DNA of 53,830 nucleotides from an uncultured virus (IMG/VR IMGVR_UViG_3300048135_000646) (Duplodnaviria > Heunggongvirae > Uroviricota > Caudoviricetes): the IMG/VR virus record IMGVR_UViG_3300048135_000646. One strand, written 5' to 3'. Positions 1-10,307 of this stretch are shown one piece after another. A program made the position numbers and the translations under genes. Below the pieces are notes generated by a model. The model worked only from the letters and a program-made list of their open reading frames with translations, was not told where the DNA came from and did no database searches. Positions within the stretch are counted from its first letter, which is position 1, and each line of letters opens with the position of its first letter.

Positions 1-1
1 A

Positions 2-3000
2 CAAGCGGGATACCTAACATCATTACCGAGTCACAATCATGATGGTAGATATCTACTCATAGGTGGAAAAGCGGCCGATTCGGAAAAGTTAGACGGTATA
101 GATTCAACTCAATTCTTAAGAAGTGATACATCAGACACATTTACTGGTGATGTATTAGCATTCCCAACGTTAAGTCTTGGTATTTCAAATAATAATAGTG
201 ATAACGGTTATGACACTTACTTTAGAGGTAGTTCAACACATTTTGTGTTAGGATTAAAAGCGGGTAATACTTTATATCTAAATTATGGTAACGCTTCAGG
301 AACCATAAGATCATATGGATCATGGTTACATGGAGATACTCAAATCTTAACCAACGGTAGAGTGTTAACAAATGTAACTAATACAAATTGGGACACCGCA
401 TATGGATGGGGTGACCACTCACAAGAAGGTTACATAAAATCTTACACCGAAACTGATACGTTAGCGAGTGTTACATCTAGAGGTGCATCAACCTCAACAC
501 CAATAACATTACAAGGAGCACTAACATTAGCACAGTCAAATACAAGTACTGTAATCAGTGGTAATTCGTCAGGTAATCTTACTATAGATAACAATACGGG
601 TAGTATTGCTTTCCAAGCAAACGGTTCCACAGTAAACTCCATGACAATTACATCTTCATTAATAACATTAAATGAAAATGTTCAAGCCAATGGTAATATC
701 GACATGGGAACAAATGTCATTACCGACACTAAGGTTGGTCAATGGAATACCGCATATGGATGGGGTGACCACTCACAAGAAGGTTACATAAAATCATATG
801 TGAATACAAATGAATTTGTTACAGGTGCTACATTTAACACGGGTAATGGAATAATTACGTTTAAAAGAAATAATGGTGGGGACACCTTTAGTGTCGATTT
901 GGATGGTAGATATGCAGTTTCGGCACACAACCATAAATTCTTATTAGGTTCTACCGCGAATGAAGGTAGTGGTGGAATGCAAAATTGGAACTCTCAAGAG
1001 AGTACCCCGGATTTAAATCCTACAACGGATTGGTATACTTCTTTAAGAATTGGACATGGTAACCCTGTTTCATATTACAGTAATACCTTGGCCATTCAAA
1101 TGACAGGTGGTGATTCGGGTAGAATGTACATAAGAACCGTTGCTAATGGAACAAAACAAACTTGGAAGAAGTATTGGCATGATGGTGATTTTACCTCAAC
1201 CAACATATCTAATTGGAACACCGCTTATGGATGGGGAGACCATTCACTTGCTGGATACACGGGTGACCAAGATTTAAGTGGTTATGCTACTGAAACATAT
1301 GTCGGACAACAAATAGACGCCCTTATTGATTCCTCGCCAGGTACGTTAGATACACTTAATGAATTGGCGGCAGCACTTGGAGATGACCCAAATTTCGCAA
1401 CCACAATAACAGCTAGTATCGCGACTAAACTTCCTCTCGCGGGTGGAGTGATGTCAGGAAATATTGGAAGAAGTGCCCACAATAAAGGATACTTAGTAGG
1501 TGGTTATAATAATGTAGGTGCAAGTGCATCGGCAACAAACCCTATTTTCACTATTGGTACTAACTACCTTCCAGCGGTAACGAGTCTTGCTAATATGTAT
1601 GGTATTGGATATACAAGGGCCGATGCTTCATTTATGGGAGTCGCAAGTGGAAGTGGTTGGGGTATGTACGTAGCCGCTGATGGTGATGCAAGAATTTGGT
1701 TGGATGGTAGTACTGGAAATATTGCCGCAAGTGGTACGTTATCTGCATCAGGTTATAATGATGGTAATTGGAACACAGCATATGGATGGGGCGATCATTC
1801 ACAAGAAGGTTACCTTAAATCCTATAATAACGAATACACAACAGGTGCAACATTCAATACAGGTAATGGTGTTATAACTTTCACAAGAAATGACGGTGAC
1901 ACATACACGGTTGACATAGACAGTAGATATCTACAATTGTCAGGGGGATCTTTATCGGGTAATCTCAATATGACAGGTACTAACCCAATGATAAAGTTTG
2001 TTCCGACAGGAACTAATGATGGTGCGGGTATTAGATTTAATTACACCAATAATGATGGTGTAATGGAGTTTTGGACTTCTGATGATTATAGTGAACCATT
2101 TGTTTGGAGAGCGTATGATGTAGGTTTAGATGGTACTGGAAATTATCAAGAGTGGATGAAACTCCATCAAAAGAAACTTTACATTGACGGTGAGGAATTA
2201 AGTAAAATAAACATACAAAACTTTAAAACCGCGTATGGATGGGGTGATCATTCACAAGAAGGTTATCTAACATCATTACCTAGTCATAATCACGACGGTA
2301 GGTATCTACTCATAGGAGGAAAAGCGGCTGACTCAGATAAACTCGATGGTTTAGATTCCTCACGTTACTTATCTACTTCAAGTAGTGTTTTTAGTGGTGA
2401 TTGGGATACTCTTACAGATACTGATTATGAAATTCAACTGAGAGAAGTTCAGAATATAACTAATGGTTCTCATAGTAATTACCCTACAGGTGTATACACA
2501 TACGGTTCTGTTTTGGGTTGGCAATTGGCTAGTGGTACTTTTAAGTTGTACGCTTCTCACACAGGAGATTTAGTTTTCCAAACAGGATGGAATAATGATG
2601 GATACAGTGGTTGGCAAGAAATATACCATTCAGGTAATTTTAATCCCTCACAATATCTATCAACCTCAGGTAAAGCGGCTGATTCTGATAAACTTGATGG
2701 TTTAGATCTTCATACAGGACGTAACAATGAAGCTAATAAGGTTGTACGTACTGATGGTAATGGATACTTACAATCAGGTTGGATTAATACGACAAGTGGT
2801 AATAATGGAACAACAGGGATTAATAGAATATACGCATCCCAAGATGGTTACATTAGATATTATAGTCCATCTAATTTTATTAGTGTATTAGGTTTAGTTA
2901 CTACAAGTGGTTACAATAACTCAAATTGGGATACCGCATATGGATGGGGAGATCATTCACAAGAAGGTTATCTAACAAGTAGTTCAACACAATCAAAATA

Positions 3001-4627
3001 TCTAAGAACTGATGTTAGCGACTCTATAGAAAGTGGAAGTGTTATAACATTTAAAACCGCTGCTGGTAATGCGAGAGGATATTTACAATCGACAGACACA
3101 AATGATGAACATTTCATTATTGCCACATCGGGAGGTGAAGACATTGCATTTAAGGATGGTGGTGTAGGTGGTACCACTAACATGATAATTAGAGGTGACG
3201 GTAACGTTGTTGTGACAGGTAGTGTAACCGCATCAGGAGGAAACTCAGGTAATTGGAACACAGCATACGGATGGGGTAACCATGCAAGTGGTGGTTACGC
3301 AAGGTTATCGGCATCTAACAGTTTTACGAATTCATATAATGAATTTGGTAATGGAACGGGGAGTGTCTCTAACGATGGTAGTTGGAATGCGAGAGTTAAT
3401 GTCGCGGGATCTTCACACGCAAGACTTGATGTGAAATCTGTTAGTGATGGTATCATTACCACAATGTATTCCCATACAGGAAACAACCGTGGTAAGATTG
3501 GTACAATGTCTAATCACTCATTAGGTCTATTGGTTAATGGGACTGAAAAAGCAACATTACACAGTAGTGGACTGTTAGAAGTGAGTGGACCTATTGATGC
3601 GGTAAAAATCAACTTAACCGGAGAAGTAAATATTAGTAATAGTACATCTAATAAAATCAACTTTAATGACTCAAGCGCTTATTGGTTATCAACAGCAAAT
3701 AATTGGGGACTATATTGGAATACTAGTAACAATAGTTTAGGATTCCACGGTTCAGGAACAGAAAGAGGGTCAATCGATCTCGATAATGGTAACCTTCAAA
3801 TGGATGGTACTGGTAGATTTGGTTCTTATATTGCAACTAATACAGGACAAACAAGATCTAAAATTAGATTATGGGATACCGATTCCAATTACGCGATCGG
3901 GTTTAAGAGTGGGTATGATTTTGGACATTTAGGTAACTCATCAGGATCAGGTAATGAGTACGCAATATCATTCATGCAGAACAACAGTTCATCGAGAGGA
4001 TTTTGGTGGGGTCATTCTGACCATAGTGATGATCAAGGTGCAATGGCACTCACCGCTGATGGTAGATTAAACGTTGCTAAATCAGTATCTATAGGTGAAG
4101 GTGAAAATGTAATTAATCCAAGTGGTGCACCTCTTTATGTTGAAGGTACAACCTCAGGATCAACGGTATTTGAAATACAAGGAACACAAGGGCAGTTATT
4201 CTCAATTACAGACGATTTAACGGGAGATCTATTCACCGTGTCAGATATATCAGGAATACCAATTTTAAGTGTTAATTCGTTAGGTGTGGTAACTGTAGAT
4301 GACACATTACTCGTAACAGGTGATGTGATTGCATACCACGCATCAGATAAGAGGTTGAAGGATAATATTAAACCAATTGAAAATGCAATTGATAAGGTTA
4401 AAATGATTGGTGGTTATGAATTTGATTGGAATAAATTATCTAAGAATGAAGGACATGATGTCGGAGTTATAGCACAAGAAATTGAGGAGGTTTTACCTGA
4501 ATTAGTTGGAACAAGAGGTGATGGTTATAAGGGTGTTAAGTATGAAAAACTAACATCATTACTAATTGAAGCAATAAAAGACCAACAAATTCAGATTGAC
4601 GAATTAAAATCTAAACTTGAAAAATAA
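2..4627 (+). CDS. Giant modular tail fibre protein with C-terminal peptidase S74 intramolecular chaperone domain (5'-truncated by the window)
   Basis: The frame is open from position 2 (QAGYLTSLPSHNHDGRY...), so the true start lies upstream of the window. The protein is G/N/S/T-rich with repeated (N/Q)W(D/N)TAYGWGDHSQEGY linkers, has a LDTLNELAAALGDDPNFATT tail-fibre motif, and ends in SDKRLKDNIKPI...VGVIAQEIEEVLPELV...VKYEKLTSLLIEAIKDQ, typical of S74. Confidence 0.9.
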   Translation, partial: QAGYLTSLPSHNHDGRYLLIGGKAADSEKLDGIDSTQFLRSDTSDTFTGDVLAFPTLSLGISNNNSDNGYDTYFRGSSTHFVLGLKAGNTLYLNYGNASGTIRSYGSWLHGDTQILTNGRVLTNVTNTNWDTAYGWGDHSQEGYIKSYTETDTLASVTSRGASTSTPITLQGALTLAQSNTSTVISGNSSGNLTIDNNTGSIAFQANGSTVNSMTITSSLITLNENVQANGNIDMGTNVITDTKVGQWNTAYGWGDHSQEGYIKSYVNTNEFVTGATFNTGNGIITFKRNNGGDTFSVDLDGRYAVSAHNHKFLLGSTANEGSGGMQNWNSQESTPDLNPTTDWYTSLRIGHGNPVSYYSNTLAIQMTGGDSGRMYIRTVANGTKQTWKKYWHDGDFTSTNISNWNTAYGWGDHSLAGYTGDQDLSGYATETYVGQQIDALIDSSPGTLDTLNELAAALGDDPNFATTITASIATKLPLAGGVMSGNIGRSAHNKGYLVGGYNNVGASASATNPIFTIGTNYLPAVTSLANMYGIGYTRADASFMGVASGSGWGMYVAADGDARIWLDGSTGNIAASGTLSASGYNDGNWNTAYGWGDHSQEGYLKSYNNEYTTGATFNTGNGVITFTRNDGDTYTVDIDSRYLQLSGGSLSGNLNMTGTNPMIKFVPTGTNDGAGIRFNYTNNDGVMEFWTSDDYSEPFVWRAYDVGLDGTGNYQEWMKLHQKKLYIDGEELSKINIQNFKTAYGWGDHSQEGYLTSLPSHNHDGRYLLIGGKAADSDKLDGLDSSRYLSTSSSVFSGDWDTLTDTDYEIQLREVQNITNGSHSNYPTGVYTYGSVLGWQLASGTFKLYASHTGDLVFQTGWNNDGYSGWQEIYHSGNFNPSQYLSTSGKAADSDKLDGLDLHTGRNNEANKVVRTDGNGYLQSGWINTTSGNNGTTGINRIYASQDGYIRYYSPSNFISVLGLVTTSGYNNSNWDTAYGWGDHSQEGYLTSSSTQSKYLRTDVSDSIESGSVITFKTAAGNARGYLQSTDTNDEHFIIATSGGEDIAFKDGGVGGTTNMIIRGDGNVVVTGSVTASGGNSGNWNTAYGWGNHASGGYARLSASNSFTNSYNEFGNGTGSVSNDGSWNARVNVAGSSHARLDVKSVSDGIITTMYSHTGNNRGKIGTMSNHSLGLLVNGTEKATLHSSGLLEVSGPIDAVKINLTGEVNISNSTSNKINFNDSSAYWLSTANNWGLYWNTSNNSLGFHGSGTERGSIDLDNGNLQMDGTGRFGSYIATNTGQTRSKIRLWDTDSNYAIGFKSGYDFGHLGNSSGSGNEYAISFMQNNSSSRGFWWGHSDHSDDQGAMALTADGRLNVAKSVSIGEGENVINPSGAPLYVEGTTSGSTVFEIQGTQGQLFSITDDLTGDLFTVSDISGIPILSVNSLGVVTVDDTLLVTGDVIAYHASDKRLKDNIKPIENAIDKVKMIGGYEFDWNKLSKNEGHDVGVIAQEIEEVLPELVGTRGDGYKGVKYEKLTSLLIEAIKDQQIQIDELKSKLEK
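386..3298 (+). repeat. Dispersed in-frame repeat encoding xTAYGWG(D/N)HS (7 copies)
   Basis: Copies start near 386, 740, 1211, 1766, 2220, 2924 and 3251. Segments 395-441 and 749-795 are identical over 47 nt. Confidence 0.9.
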
Positions 4628-5362
4628 ATGTCATTTCAAAGAGGACCAACATATAATAGTGTAAGTGAAGTAAAGGGGCCGTCAGGTTTTTATAAAATTG
4701 TCACATCGATGGGACCAATAGTCGTATATATTGATCAAGATTACGATGGTGGTGGTTGGGTTTTAGCATTATCAAATAGAGAGTACACAGGTGGGATGAA
4801 TAATCTTAAGTACGATGATGCAATTAATAATTATAATTATCGAACAGGTGGTTCTGGACAAAATAGTTCCAACATAGTGGTTACAAGTGATAGGGTAATA
4901 AAAACTTTAGGTATAAGTGGTGTTAACTCTTGGTTGGGATTAAAGTTTTGGTCTGAGTTGACTGGAAGAAAAAGTGATAACAAAATTCATGTTACTCAAT
5001 TTGTTTCTAACTCTCCTGTTACACTTAATGCAACCTCATCCCACAATAAGAGATCAAGTTGGACTTCCACAGGATTCAACTCAAATTATGGATTTAATAG
5101 TGTAGGTAACCTATCCAATCAATTGGGTGGATCCACACCAGGTATGTATTCACACGCAAGTAGTGGTAATAGTTTAACCACTTATGATAATGATCAAGAT
5201 ACTAATGGTGGTAATTGTTCTACATATTATAATAATAATCCATGGTGGTATAGTAGCTGTTGGACAGGGAACTACTTTGCCGGTGGAGGTTATCAGGATA
5301 GACCTTATTGGGTTAGTTCTGGTGGTGATAACCACGCATATGGTGCTGTTTATATAAAATAG
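4628..5362 (+). CDS. Fibrinogen C-terminal (FReD)-like domain protein, probable virion adhesin
   Basis: VYIDQDYDGGGWVL and TTYDNDQDTNGGNCSTYYNNNPWWYSSC match fibrinogen C-terminal domain motifs. It abuts the tail fibre stop codon. Confidence 0.75.
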   Translation: MSFQRGPTYNSVSEVKGPSGFYKIVTSMGPIVVYIDQDYDGGGWVLALSNREYTGGMNNLKYDDAINNYNYRTGGSGQNSSNIVVTSDRVIKTLGISGVNSWLGLKFWSELTGRKSDNKIHVTQFVSNSPVTLNATSSHNKRSSWTSTGFNSNYGFNSVGNLSNQLGGSTPGMYSHASSGNSLTTYDNDQDTNGGNCSTYYNNNPWWYSSCWTGNYFAGGGYQDRPYWVSSGGDNHAYGAVYIK

Positions 5363-5366
5363 AAAT

Positions 5367-5579
5367 ATGGAAATAGAACTTAAAGATATGAAATTGATTT
5401 TCACTTTAAATGGTGAAACATACACTCGTACTGTTGAGGATTTGGAGGGAAATTTAATATGGACTAATGGTGAAGAACCATACGATGAAAATTATGGAAT
5501 TAAAATTTTTGATGAGTGGGAAACTCAAATGAAACAACTTCCTTTTTGGAAAATTGTGGAAGTAGAAAAAAATATATAA
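5367..5579 (+). CDS. Hypothetical protein
   Basis: 70-aa ORF packed in the operon. Confidence 0.6.
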   Translation: MEIELKDMKLIFTLNGETYTRTVEDLEGNLIWTNGEEPYDENYGIKIFDEWETQMKQLPFWKIVEVEKNI

Positions 5580-5582
5580 GAT

Positions 5583-5912
5583 ATGTTCGAAAACAGAAGA
5601 TGGTTGGTAATACCAACAGAAATTACAGGGTCGATTGATTTTAACGAGGTTTTAGAGTCTTCAGTGGAAGGTTTAAGGTTATCGTTAGACGGTACTCAAA
5701 CGTTCGTTAAATACGATGTTACTGAAGTGACATCATCTTTTGAAAGTGTGTTTATAAATGCAGAATCAGGAGAAGAAATAACTGAGACAGTTGAATCAGG
5801 TGTTTTTGGGAGACCCTCAATTTACTCAGAAGAATACAACGAATATAATTACCAAGAAATTTTATCTCTATTAAGTACTAATAAATGGAGTGTAAACAAT
5901 ATCAAAGAGTAA
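5583..5912 (+). CDS. Hypothetical tail-fibre-associated protein
   Basis: 109 aa, acidic, RLSLDGTQTFVKY motif, located between adhesin genes. Confidence 0.6.
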   Translation: MFENRRWLVIPTEITGSIDFNEVLESSVEGLRLSLDGTQTFVKYDVTEVTSSFESVFINAESGEEITETVESGVFGRPSIYSEEYNEYNYQEILSLLSTNKWSVNNIKE

Positions 5913-5913
5913 G

Positions 5914-7155
5914 ATGGCAACAAATGGTGGTGGTAAAATAATACGAGATGGATTAGTATTTGGATACGATAGTGGATATGGGGTTGCTAACAACAGTACA
6001 CCAACAAAATTTTATAAAGGTGAACCAACAACCAACCTAAAGTCAGGTACTCAAACAAGTGGTGCAATAAATGGGATGTCAGGTGTTGGGGTTACTTACG
6101 TTGGAGAAGAAGACGGATGGAAAAAATATTCACTTAGTGGTACTTTTAGTAATGGTACGTACCCTTATTGTATGTACTTAAGTCCACAACAATGTTTGGC
6201 AGGAATGAGATATTCCACCCAAGTAATAATTAAAACAAATGTTAGGGATAAGTTTAACTACTTTGGTTCAAATGGGGTGAGTTATGTAAATCAACCAAAG
6301 AACCATGAGGGTGTGAATAGTAGTACTCTTTTATCTGACGGTAGTCAACTCTTACAAAGACAAGGATTTGAATACACATCAACCACAACACAATCGGGTT
6401 ATTTGTGGACCAACCCAATAAACAACACAACATTTAATCCATCAACTGATTTTGTTTATATTAAAAATTTTCAAATTGAACAAAAAATTCATTGTACCCC
6501 ATTTGTGAGTGATGAACGTGTGGCAACAAAATCACTTATTGATTTAACTAAACCTACGGATGACTTTCCTATTTCTTCACTTATATATGTTGGAGATATG
6601 TCGTTTGATTCTATAGGTCAACCCACCTTCGATGGTACTAATGATGGTATTAATTTAGGAGACCAATCTAATTTTGACTTCACTAACGGTATATGTAGTA
6701 TCGAAGCAATAGTTAAATTTCCAAGTAGTTGGACTGGAGGTAGTCAATACCCCAACTTAATAAGTAAAGGAGCTTCTGCCGGTTGGGATACCGACGGGTG
6801 GTCATTATTTGGGTTTAGAGATTGGGGTGGTAAGAAATCATGGGGATTCGGAATACGTAATGGTAGTACAAACAGAATTGTTAGTAGAACCAATGTTGCG
6901 GAAGATGTCTTTTGGCATATTGTGGCTACTTTAGATGGAACAACTATGAGGTTATATGAGAATGGTGTGGAGGTATCAACGAATACCCAAACCATAAACC
7001 CCGCAGAAAACACAACTAATGTTTATATTGGGAGAGGACCTAACTCACAGTATTTTCCTGGCGACTTACCAGTGTCGAAAATATATAGTCGAACATTGTC
7101 ACCTGAACAGATAGAACAAAACTATAAAGTATATAAAAACAGATTTGATTTATAA
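5914..7155 (+). CDS. LamG/concanavalin A-like domain protein (virion)
   Basis: FDGTND...WHIVATLDGTTMRLYENG...KIYSRTLSPEQIEQNY is a LamG_3 pattern; the N-terminus carries IIRDGLVFGYD. Confidence 0.85.
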   Translation: MATNGGGKIIRDGLVFGYDSGYGVANNSTPTKFYKGEPTTNLKSGTQTSGAINGMSGVGVTYVGEEDGWKKYSLSGTFSNGTYPYCMYLSPQQCLAGMRYSTQVIIKTNVRDKFNYFGSNGVSYVNQPKNHEGVNSSTLLSDGSQLLQRQGFEYTSTTTQSGYLWTNPINNTTFNPSTDFVYIKNFQIEQKIHCTPFVSDERVATKSLIDLTKPTDDFPISSLIYVGDMSFDSIGQPTFDGTNDGINLGDQSNFDFTNGICSIEAIVKFPSSWTGGSQYPNLISKGASAGWDTDGWSLFGFRDWGGKKSWGFGIRNGSTNRIVSRTNVAEDVFWHIVATLDGTTMRLYENGVEVSTNTQTINPAENTTNVYIGRGPNSQYFPGDLPVSKIYSRTLSPEQIEQNYKVYKNRFDL

Positions 7156-8393
7156 TGCATACAGGACCAAACATAGAAAGAGACGGATTAATATTTGGAT
7201 ATGATACTCACGATAATAGTAGATTCTACAAAGGACCATCAACTACGAATCATCTAATTAAGTTAAACACATCATTCTCAAATACAATACGAACCAATGG
7301 AAAGGCGGTTGCCGGAGAAGAAGAGGTAAATATACCAACAATAGGGATCCGTAAGGTTAAATATGTTGAGTATTTTAATAACTATAACAACGGTAATGAC
7401 TTGGGGTGTTGTCCAAACTTATTTAATTATCACGGTGGTACTACAGTCCCATTAGTTGGTAACCAATCTTATACCTATTCAATTGTTTATAAACATACTG
7501 GTGGTTATACTCACCCTAATTTTATGTACAGGTATAGATATAAGGCAGATAATACATACATTGGTGAGGGTGGGTTACATAGTACTGCAAGAAGGACTCA
7601 TTTAGGTGATGGTTGGTATCATGCTTGGGGTTCGTGGACAACAAATTCAGATGCGAACTATGGTAGATTCTATTCTTTTTTGTATAACTATGGAACTACA
7701 GTACAAAGGTTTTATGTTGCAGCAATATCTTTAGTAAAAAACAATACTGGTAGTGAACATTTAATAATTCCACCAAACCTACTATTAGAACCAAACACAT
7801 CTGTTGGACCAACAGATTCTATAACCGACTTAAAAAAAGAACTTGAAATTGACGTATCTAACATGTCATTTGATTCAACGGGACAACCTGTGTTTGATGG
7901 TACGGATGATTATCTCACACCTTTTGATTTAAATTTAGAGGGGATGGGTAGTTCTACTTTAGAGGCTGTTATATATATGAACAATTTATCTGGCCCTCAT
8001 AATTCCTATTCTATTTTTGGTGGTATAGCCACAGGAAATAGACATGGTTATCATGAAATTAGGAATAGTGGAAGTGGGTGGAAAATGACGCATTGGACAT
8101 CTGCAAATGGTTGGAGATACGCTAACACAGCATTATCATCAAATACATGGTATCACGTGGTTTGGGTTTGGGACGGTTTGAACTTGACGTGGTATTTAAA
8201 CGGTGATCAAGACGGTACGTACACATTTTCAACATTTAGTCCATATAGTCTTGGAGTTAAAAATATAGGGAGTTTCCCTAACGAAAGATATATGAATGGT
8301 AATATACCTGTGGCTAAAATTTATAATCGTGCACTTACACCTGAAGAAGTGAAACAAAATTATAACTCACATAAAAATAGATTTGACATCTAA
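7155..8393 (+). CDS. LamG/concanavalin A-like domain protein, paralog of the previous gene
   Basis: Shares RDGLxFGYD, MSFDSxGQPxFDGTxD and NYxxxKNRFD with 5914-7155, and has WYHVVWVWDG...KIYNRALT. Confidence 0.85.
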   Translation: MHTGPNIERDGLIFGYDTHDNSRFYKGPSTTNHLIKLNTSFSNTIRTNGKAVAGEEEVNIPTIGIRKVKYVEYFNNYNNGNDLGCCPNLFNYHGGTTVPLVGNQSYTYSIVYKHTGGYTHPNFMYRYRYKADNTYIGEGGLHSTARRTHLGDGWYHAWGSWTTNSDANYGRFYSFLYNYGTTVQRFYVAAISLVKNNTGSEHLIIPPNLLLEPNTSVGPTDSITDLKKELEIDVSNMSFDSTGQPVFDGTDDYLTPFDLNLEGMGSSTLEAVIYMNNLSGPHNSYSIFGGIATGNRHGYHEIRNSGSGWKMTHWTSANGWRYANTALSSNTWYHVVWVWDGLNLTWYLNGDQDGTYTFSTFSPYSLGVKNIGSFPNERYMNGNIPVAKIYNRALTPEEVKQNYNSHKNRFDI

Positions 8394-8422
8394 ATAAACA
8401 TAAAAAAATCTATTTATAGAGT

Positions 8423-8650
8423 ATGGGAGTAATACCGTCAACAGGTTCAGAAGTTAGTATGGGGAGAATATCTAGAGCTCTCGGAACCACTAGTGCGTAT
8501 CCCCCACCCGCCGGTTCAAATATCAAACTCAACGGTACTTTAGGGATCAACAGAAGTAACGCAATTACAAACATATCGAATATTGTTTCAGGATCGTCAA
8601 CGGAGGAGTCGGGAGACTTTGGAGGATTGGATACTCCCAACACTTACTAG
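8423..8650 (+). CDS. Small hypothetical, likely structural protein
   Basis: 75 aa, IPSTGSEVSMG N-terminus, preceded by TATTTATA at 8411-8418. Confidence 0.6.
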   Translation: MGVIPSTGSEVSMGRISRALGTTSAYPPPAGSNIKLNGTLGINRSNAITNISNIVSGSSTEESGDFGGLDTPNTY

Positions 8651-8757
8651 ACTTGACAAAACTCTTTTTTTTTCATATATTATTTATATAAGTTTTTTTC
8701 AATTAGACTTGATATTTAAACACATAACACGTATATTATACTAAAATTAAAAACAAA

Positions 8758-9210
8758 ATGGCAGTAACAAATTTAACAATTGACCAAATTCTACAGTTAG
8801 ATGCAGAGATAAACGGATTTAGAAACCCACAAACTGATGAAGTTGTCTACGAGGGTTTCAGTAAACAACCCCTTTCTATTCTTTTAAAGTATGAGTTAGC
8901 TGAATTCACAGCTAAATTAACGGCTGAAAGAGAAAAGGTTGATGGGTTACGTAATGAATTAATCACAACTTATGGTGAAAAAACAGAAGAAGGTGGAATT
9001 CAAATCAGTCCAACAATAGAAAAGAAAAAAGGAAAAGGAACAGAAGAGGTTAAGAATCCTAAGTACGTTGAATTTCTTAGTGAATACCAAAAACTTTTAG
9101 AAAAGACTATTGAATTAGAACATCCTACAATCACAAAAGACGATTTAAAAGATGCTGGTAAAACAAAAGATCAATACAATATACTTTTTAAATTAATTTC
9201 GAAAGACTAA
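8758..9210 (+). CDS. Hypothetical protein
   Basis: 150-aa ORF with a TTG-N18-CGTATATT promoter-like element upstream. Confidence 0.7.
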   Translation: MAVTNLTIDQILQLDAEINGFRNPQTDEVVYEGFSKQPLSILLKYELAEFTAKLTAEREKVDGLRNELITTYGEKTEEGGIQISPTIEKKKGKGTEEVKNPKYVEFLSEYQKLLEKTIELEHPTITKDDLKDAGKTKDQYNILFKLISKD

Positions 9211-10307
9211 ACTTTCTTTTTAATCACAATTTTCAAATTTCCGATTTGATATTCCCCTACATCGTAGTGTGGAATTGATAATCGGATTTTGTTTATTACA
9301 TGAAGATCTTCTTCGTTCATTGGTTCGGTCTCGATTATCGTAACATCCACCACATCAGTTAATAGAAATTTAGATCTTAAATCGTAGTTGGTGTTAGGTT
9401 GTTCGTTTGCAATATATTCAATGGGTGTGGTACCACCTAAATACAATTTATCAAAATAAGGTTCCAACTTATATAGGTGTCTATCACTCCTTAATACAAT
9501 ACCCATATTAAAGGTGGGGTAATTAAAAATTTCGTCCTCCCAATAATACAATTCATTAAAAGTGGGTATGGTAATCCCCCATTTACGTATAAAGTTACGT
9601 ATGTTTCTGTGTTCACTTAATTTACTTTCTTCGGACCTTAATACTCTACTGGTTTTAGAAACAAAATGGTATACTACGGCACATTCAGTTGTTTTAAGTA
9701 GGTAACCCTTTAATTTGGCTCTAATAATGAAATCATCATCTTCACAGAAAAAAGGGTCAAAAGTAAAACCATCGAATAAACCAACATCAATAAATGTTTT
9801 CTTATAACCCGACATAAAAAATGTGGCCCCATTAACTAATTCCTTTCTTTCCTTAACTTTGTCAACGTATTGATCAAACAAGTGGTAATTAAAATCATTA
9901 AACCCTCTACCCAATTCTAATATAACTTTACCAGGTCTCTTATGTCCCTTAAAAATAGGGGGTTCAATAGTGGTATATGTGATGAGAGACTTTTCATCAA
10001 TTAGTTCTGATAAATTCTCTAAAAAATTCTTACCGATCACCATATCATTATGAATCAAGACCAATTTATCGGTATCAACTAACTTGATCGCCGAATTATA
10101 ATTGTCTGAGAAAGTTAATTGATCATCATCATGTATGTAGGAAAGATTATCATCATCCAAAGACTGTAACCAATCTAATGTACCATCCGTAGAACCACCA
10201 CTACTAATAACCATAGGAGCATCAGGATATATATCCCTAATCCTTTTATAGGTATTCTTAGTATAGTCTAAGTTATTAAAAACGGCAAGTACTAAAGAGA
10301 TATCCAT
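9207..10307 (-). CDS. Glycosyltransferase family 2
   Basis: ISLVLAVFNN...GGSTDGT...LIHNDM...FCEDDDFIIR, a GT-A fold pattern. Confidence 0.85.
   Translation of the reverse strand: MDISLVLAVFNNLDYTKNTYKRIRDIYPDAPMVISSGGSTDGTLDWLQSLDDDNLSYIHDDDQLTFSDNYNSAIKLVDTDKLVLIHNDMVIGKNFLENLSELIDEKSLITYTTIEPPIFKGHKRPGKVILELGRGFNDFNYHLFDQYVDKVKERKELVNGATFFMSGYKKTFIDVGLFDGFTFDPFFCEDDDFIIRAKLKGYLLKTTECAVVYHFVSKTSRVLRSEESKLSEHRNIRNFIRKWGITIPTFNELYYWEDEIFNYPTFNMGIVLRSDRHLYKLEPYFDKLYLGGTTPIEYIANEQPNTNYDLRSKFLLTDVVDVTIIETEPMNEEDLHVINKIRLSIPHYDVGEYQIGNLKIVIKKKV

Noticed and set aside
245..247. Track start codon for the tail fibre
   Set aside because: The frame is open back to position 2 with matching repeat sequence, so the gene starts outside the window.
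386..3298. CRISPR array suggested by the recurring ~45-nt repeat
   Set aside because: Spacing is 300-700 nt, the repeats are in frame with mostly synonymous variation, and there are no cas genes.
2..8393. Diversity-generating retroelement acting on the adhesins
   Set aside because: No reverse transcriptase in the window, and the repeat pairs do not differ specifically at adenines.
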